In this document: one piece after another, positions 60,782-64,000 of the stretch
How the letters are laid out: the number at the start of each line of letters is the position of its first letter
Numbering within the stretch: the stretch's first letter is position 1
DNA from: an archaeon
GTDB lineage: Archaea; SpSt-1190; DYHY01
DNA length: 64,000 nt
Direction: 5' to 3'
NCBI GenBank assembly: GCA_043803745.1
Contig: JAZDJS010000026.1
Coordinates: 5,025 to 69,024 of the forward strand
Translations under genes and position numbers: made by a program
Notes under the pieces: model-generated
Databases searched by the model: none
What the model saw: only the letters and a program-made list of their open reading frames with translations
What the model was told of the DNA's origin: nothing

Positions 60782-61593
60782 GCCTTTATTCAAGCGCGAA
60801 ACCCCTGTCGGATTTCTACAGGCTGAAGGAGCACCTGCCGATTCTTGCTCTGGCTTTCGCGCCATTCGCAGCCGCGGGCTTCCCGGATTGGCGCTTGTTC
60901 GCCCTCGACCTCGCGGCAACCTTCCTCGCCCTTTCCTCCATATATTCGGTCAACAATTTCTTCGACTCGATCTCCGGGGAGCGGAATCCCGCCGGTTCCG
61001 TCAGGCGGCTGAGCGGGAAAGCCCCCGCATTCTTCCTCTCGATCCTTCCCGGGATTGCCTCGGTCTTCCTGGGGAGCCTCCTTCCCGGGAAATGCTTTTT
61101 CCTCCTCCTCGCAATCCTCCTGATTTTCCTCGCCTATTCGGCGGACTTCCCGAGGGCGCGGAACATCCCCGGGCCCGACTTTCTCCTGAACGTTCTCGGG
61201 TTCTACCTTGTTTTCGCCAAATCCTATTTCCTCTATTTCAAGGAGACGGGGGCCTTTTTCATTGCGTTTTCGGTTTTCATAGTTTCCTTCTATTCGGTTT
61301 CCGAAGCGGTACACCAGCTCGCCCATGAAAGGGAGGATTCCCGGCTCGGGAGAAAAACCCTTTTCGGAATTCTCGGGCGCGGCGGCGCAATAGCGCTCTC
61401 GGCAGCCCTCCTTGCGCTTCCGATAATCTTCTGGAGGGGACTTCCGTCCGCCGCATCCCTCGCATTTTCAGCCCTGAGGCTCTTCTCAGTTGCTTCAACT
61501 TCAGGGGATTTCCGGGCCCTCCGGAAAGAACTCTACGGCCGGGAAGAGCTTGCCGTCCAGCTCGCGCTTTTCGCTTTCCTCGTTCCCGCCTGA
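60778..61593 (+). CDS. polytopic membrane protein resembling UbiA-superfamily prenyltransferases with degenerate Asp motifs
   Basis: Eight to nine TM helices. The first loop reads NNFFDSISGERN (compare N(D)xxDxxxD). The second motif HEREDSRLGRKTLFGILG closely parallels UbiA DRDDDVKIGIKSTAILFG. Confidence 0.4.
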   Translation: MSLYSSAKPLSDFYRLKEHLPILALAFAPFAAAGFPDWRLFALDLAATFLALSSIYSVNNFFDSISGERNPAGSVRRLSGKAPAFFLSILPGIASVFLGSLLPGKCFFLLLAILLIFLAYSADFPRARNIPGPDFLLNVLGFYLVFAKSYFLYFKETGAFFIAFSVFIVSFYSVSEAVHQLAHEREDSRLGRKTLFGILGRGGAIALSAALLALPIIFWRGLPSAASLAFSALRLFSVASTSGDFRALRKELYGREELAVQLALFAFLVPA

Positions 61594-61621
61594 AAGCCAT
61601 TATAAACTTCCGGGCGCGCCA

Positions 61622-62653
61622 ATGCGGGTGAGCGGATTTTCCAGGAGCGCCAGATTCCTGAAAGGGCTCGCGCTTTCAAGGCTTGGAAGGTCGGTCCCCC
61701 TTTTCGTCGGGCACACGATAAACTTCAAGTGCAACCTTTCATGCGCCTATTGCGGGACGTGGAGGGACGCGCGCACCAGGGAGCTTCCGACCGGAAAAGT
61801 ACTGGAGATGATTGACGCCTTTTCGAGGGCGGGGACGGTCTCATGGAACCTTTCCGGGGGCGAACCCCTCCTCCGGGAAGATATCGGGGAGATAATCGGT
61901 TTCGCAAGGGAGAAGGGGCTCGCGGTTTCGGTCAACACCAACGGAATACTCGTTCCGGAAAAGCTGGAAAGCCTCGGGCGCGCCGACCTTCTGAGCGTTT
62001 CAATTGACAGCGGCGAGCGGGAAAACGACCTGGTCCGCGGAAAAGGTTCGTTCAGGAAAGCGGTCAAGGGAATTCTCGCGGCGAAAAAGGCGGGGATAAA
62101 AACATCGATAATGGCAGTCCTTTCCCCGGCAACGCTCTCATCCGGCTGCAAGGGGGTTGCGCGGGCAATCGCCCTTTCCAGGAAGCTCGGGGTCCAGATC
62201 GCCTTCCAGCCAATGCACGGGGATTCCTACAACCGAATTGGCGGGGGAATCGGCTACACTCAGGCGGTTTTCCGGAATCCGAACTATCAGAACGCGATTT
62301 CCCTGATTGAATCCGAGAAAAGAAGGAATCCCCGGAGGATACGGATGTCCTGGGGCTATCTTCGGAAGCTCAGGAGCCTGAAGCCCCACAACTGCTTCGC
62401 AGGAAGGAACTTTTGCATAATATTCCCGGACGGGAGAATCGCCCCTTGTTTCGTCAGGGGCCCGGCAGCCTCCCCGAGGGCATCCCCGAGGGCAACCCCG
62501 AGGGCAACCCCGAGGGCAACCCCGGAAAACTTCGCAAGGCTTGCCAGAACCTCCTCCTGTTTCTGCCATTTCAACTGCTATTCGGAATGGAACGCGCTCC
62601 TCTCGCTTGAGCCGGAAAGCATCCTCCACTACGCTTCAAACTATTTCGGCTGA
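61622..62653 (+). CDS. radical SAM/SPASM-domain protein
   Basis: A CNLSCAYC radical SAM motif plus seven downstream Cys (SGCK, HNC, NFC, APC, CFCHFNC) consistent with a SPASM/twitch domain. Start placed at MRVSGF after the previous stop. Confidence 0.75.
   Translation: MRVSGFSRSARFLKGLALSRLGRSVPLFVGHTINFKCNLSCAYCGTWRDARTRELPTGKVLEMIDAFSRAGTVSWNLSGGEPLLREDIGEIIGFAREKGLAVSVNTNGILVPEKLESLGRADLLSVSIDSGERENDLVRGKGSFRKAVKGILAAKKAGIKTSIMAVLSPATLSSGCKGVARAIALSRKLGVQIAFQPMHGDSYNRIGGGIGYTQAVFRNPNYQNAISLIESEKRRNPRRIRMSWGYLRKLRSLKPHNCFAGRNFCIIFPDGRIAPCFVRGPAASPRASPRATPRATPRATPENFARLARTSSCFCHFNCYSEWNALLSLEPESILHYASNYFG
62472..62519. repeat. 12-nt tandem repeat (CCCCGAGGGCAA)x4, in-frame PRAS-PRAT-PRAT-PRAT inside the SPASM domain
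   Basis: Directly visible in the sequence. It is inserted between the 4th and 5th auxiliary-cluster cysteines. Confidence 0.85.
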
Positions 62654-62744
62654 TCTGAGAGCCGCCTAGGAGGCCGCGGACCGGCAAAAGGAAAACGTTT
62701 TTTATCTTGAAACGCAGGATGTTTCCGTGGCCCCTTCCGGAAGG

Positions 62745-64000
62745 ATGAAATCAGTTGCGCTATCCCTGATAGTGATTTCAATCCTCCTTCGCGCAGCGTT
62801 CTTCCTCTCCCCGACATATTATGCCGAGGAGAACATCTCGGTTGCAATGGCGCTCTCGATAGAGTCCGGGGCAAGCCCATATGCGGATTTCTTCCATGCC
62901 CACCCCCCGCTCCACCTTTTCCTTCTTGCCGTTTTCAGGCAGGTTTCCGGCCTTGAGCCGATTCTTTCGGCAAAGCTCCTTTCCCTCCTGCTTTCCGTCC
63001 TCATGGTCTTTTTCATCTGGCGGCTGGGCGGGCCCTTTTCAGCAGCAATATTTTCCTGCGCGTTCCCTTCCTTCTACTGGTTCTCCTTTTCCCTCCCCCT
63101 GGTTCCGCTTTCGCTCTTCCTTCTGGCTGCGTATTTTTCCGAGAGGCGGCTGGGCGGGGGGGCGGCTTTCCTCCTATTCAGCATTTGCGCATTCCTCTCG
63201 GAGTTTTCGGCGGCAACCCTGATTTTTCCGATGCTCCTTTTTTCCGGAAGGCTGAAATCTCCGGGAGAAAAAATCCGCGCAGCAGCGGTTGCCGCAAGCG
63301 TCCTCGGCATCGCCTTCCTGCTGCTCTCGCTTCCCACCGGAGGGAAATTCCTCGGCCAGGCGGCGTTCTCCCAGCTTTCCGGGCGGTTCGCCAGTACGCC
63401 TTTGGGAGCCAGCGTAGCGGAAAACCTCAGCCAGTATTTCCTCTGGATATTCATCTATTCCGCCCCGCTTTTCGCGCTCTCCCTTTTTTCAGGCGACCGG
63501 AAGCCCCTCGCGCTCTCCCTTTTTTCAGGAGCGATATTGGTTCTCGCGCTTCCGGGACTTTCCAACAACACCCTGCAGTTCCTCGTCCCCTTCCTGTCGA
63601 TTTCAGCCGGGGGTTTCAGGAGAAAAAGCGCCCTGCCAGCGGTTTCAATTGCCTTGGCAGCACTTTCAATATTCCTCCTATTCAGGGCGGGGCTTTTCAG
63701 CCCGGCAACGCCCGCCCTTGACAGGATAGTTTCCGCAGCCGAGGCTTCGGCGGAGCCGGGGCTCGGCGAGATTTGGGGGACGCCCGAGGCGATTCTGGTC
63801 TCAATCAAGACAGGCATCCCGGTTGCCTCGCGCTTTTTCGACACAACCCCCTTCTCAGTTGCGGAACAGGGCGCGCCTCCCCGTCCGGACCTGCTCGTGA
63901 TTTCATCCTATTACTACGAAAGCCGGATTTACGGGAGCCTGGAGGATTACCAGCTGGTTTTCTCTTCCAGGGAACCGATTGTCGGGGAAATAGGCGTTTA
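62745..64000 (+). CDS. GT-C family (ArnT/PMT-like) membrane glycosyltransferase, 3' end outside window
   Basis: The frame is open from ATG 62745 to the window end and is not in the ORF track because it has no stop. N-terminus: TM helix, AEENISVAMALS...SPYADFFHAHPPLHLFL (compare the ArnT/PMT DE..Y...KPPL motif), followed by more than ten TM helices. Confidence 0.55.
   Translation, partial: MKSVALSLIVISILLRAAFFLSPTYYAEENISVAMALSIESGASPYADFFHAHPPLHLFLLAVFRQVSGLEPILSAKLLSLLLSVLMVFFIWRLGGPFSAAIFSCAFPSFYWFSFSLPLVPLSLFLLAAYFSERRLGGGAAFLLFSICAFLSEFSAATLIFPMLLFSGRLKSPGEKIRAAAVAASVLGIAFLLLSLPTGGKFLGQAAFSQLSGRFASTPLGASVAENLSQYFLWIFIYSAPLFALSLFSGDRKPLALSLFSGAILVLALPGLSNNTLQFLVPFLSISAGGFRRKSALPAVSIALAALSIFLLFRAGLFSPATPALDRIVSAAEASAEPGLGEIWGTPEAILVSIKTGIPVASRFFDTTPFSVAEQGAPPRPDLLVISSYYYESRIYGSLEDYQLVFSSREPIVGEIGV

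Overview
GC-rich archaeal chromosomal segment, gene-dense on both strands, with archaeal and eukaryote-like information-processing genes. These include RpoH/Rpb5, TFS, TFB, Spt5, SecE, ribosomal protein L11, PCNA, a eukaryotic-type topoisomerase IB, the EndA catalytic subunit, Trm1, ABCE1, NMNAT, ScpA/ScpB and FtsZ. Topo IB together with FtsZ suggests a TACK-type (Thaumarchaeota/Aigarchaeota-like) archaeon. I found no tRNA, rRNA, CRISPR array or mobile element.

Two accessory-looking regions stand out.

1. About 31.5-47.8 kb: a cell-surface locus. It holds two adjacent giant secreted proteins (1970 and 2438 aa, Ser/Thr/Asn-rich, many N-x-S/T sequons) built from a repeated ~100-aa module with a conserved Cys pair (C-x8-14-[WY][GY]CP). 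They are followed by a PGF-pre-PGF-domain protein and a Cys-rich type I membrane protein. An operator-like array of CACTCA/TGAGTG half-sites sits upstream.

2. About 52.1-64.0 kb, with a smaller echo at 2.7-8.3 kb: a bidirectional cluster. It contains three B12-binding radical SAM paralogues, two further radical SAM proteins (one with an N-terminal 2xCxxC knuckle, one SPASM-type carrying an in-domain PRAT tetrapeptide repeat), a degenerate UbiA-like polytopic protein, a lipoprotein and large polytopic membrane proteins. Taken together, and given the 2.7-8.3 kb echo, this could be an uncharacterised membrane-lipid or cell-envelope modification system. This is inference only.

Other points:
- A secE gene with a TTG start overlaps the 3' end of ftsZ and was missed by the ORF track.
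- A methyltransferase is split by a frameshift in a C8 homopolymer.
- Short in-frame tandem repeats (9-nt and 12-nt units, and a 78-nt intragenic duplication) occur in three genes.
- Most remaining ORF-track entries are antisense or GC-driven shadow ORFs.
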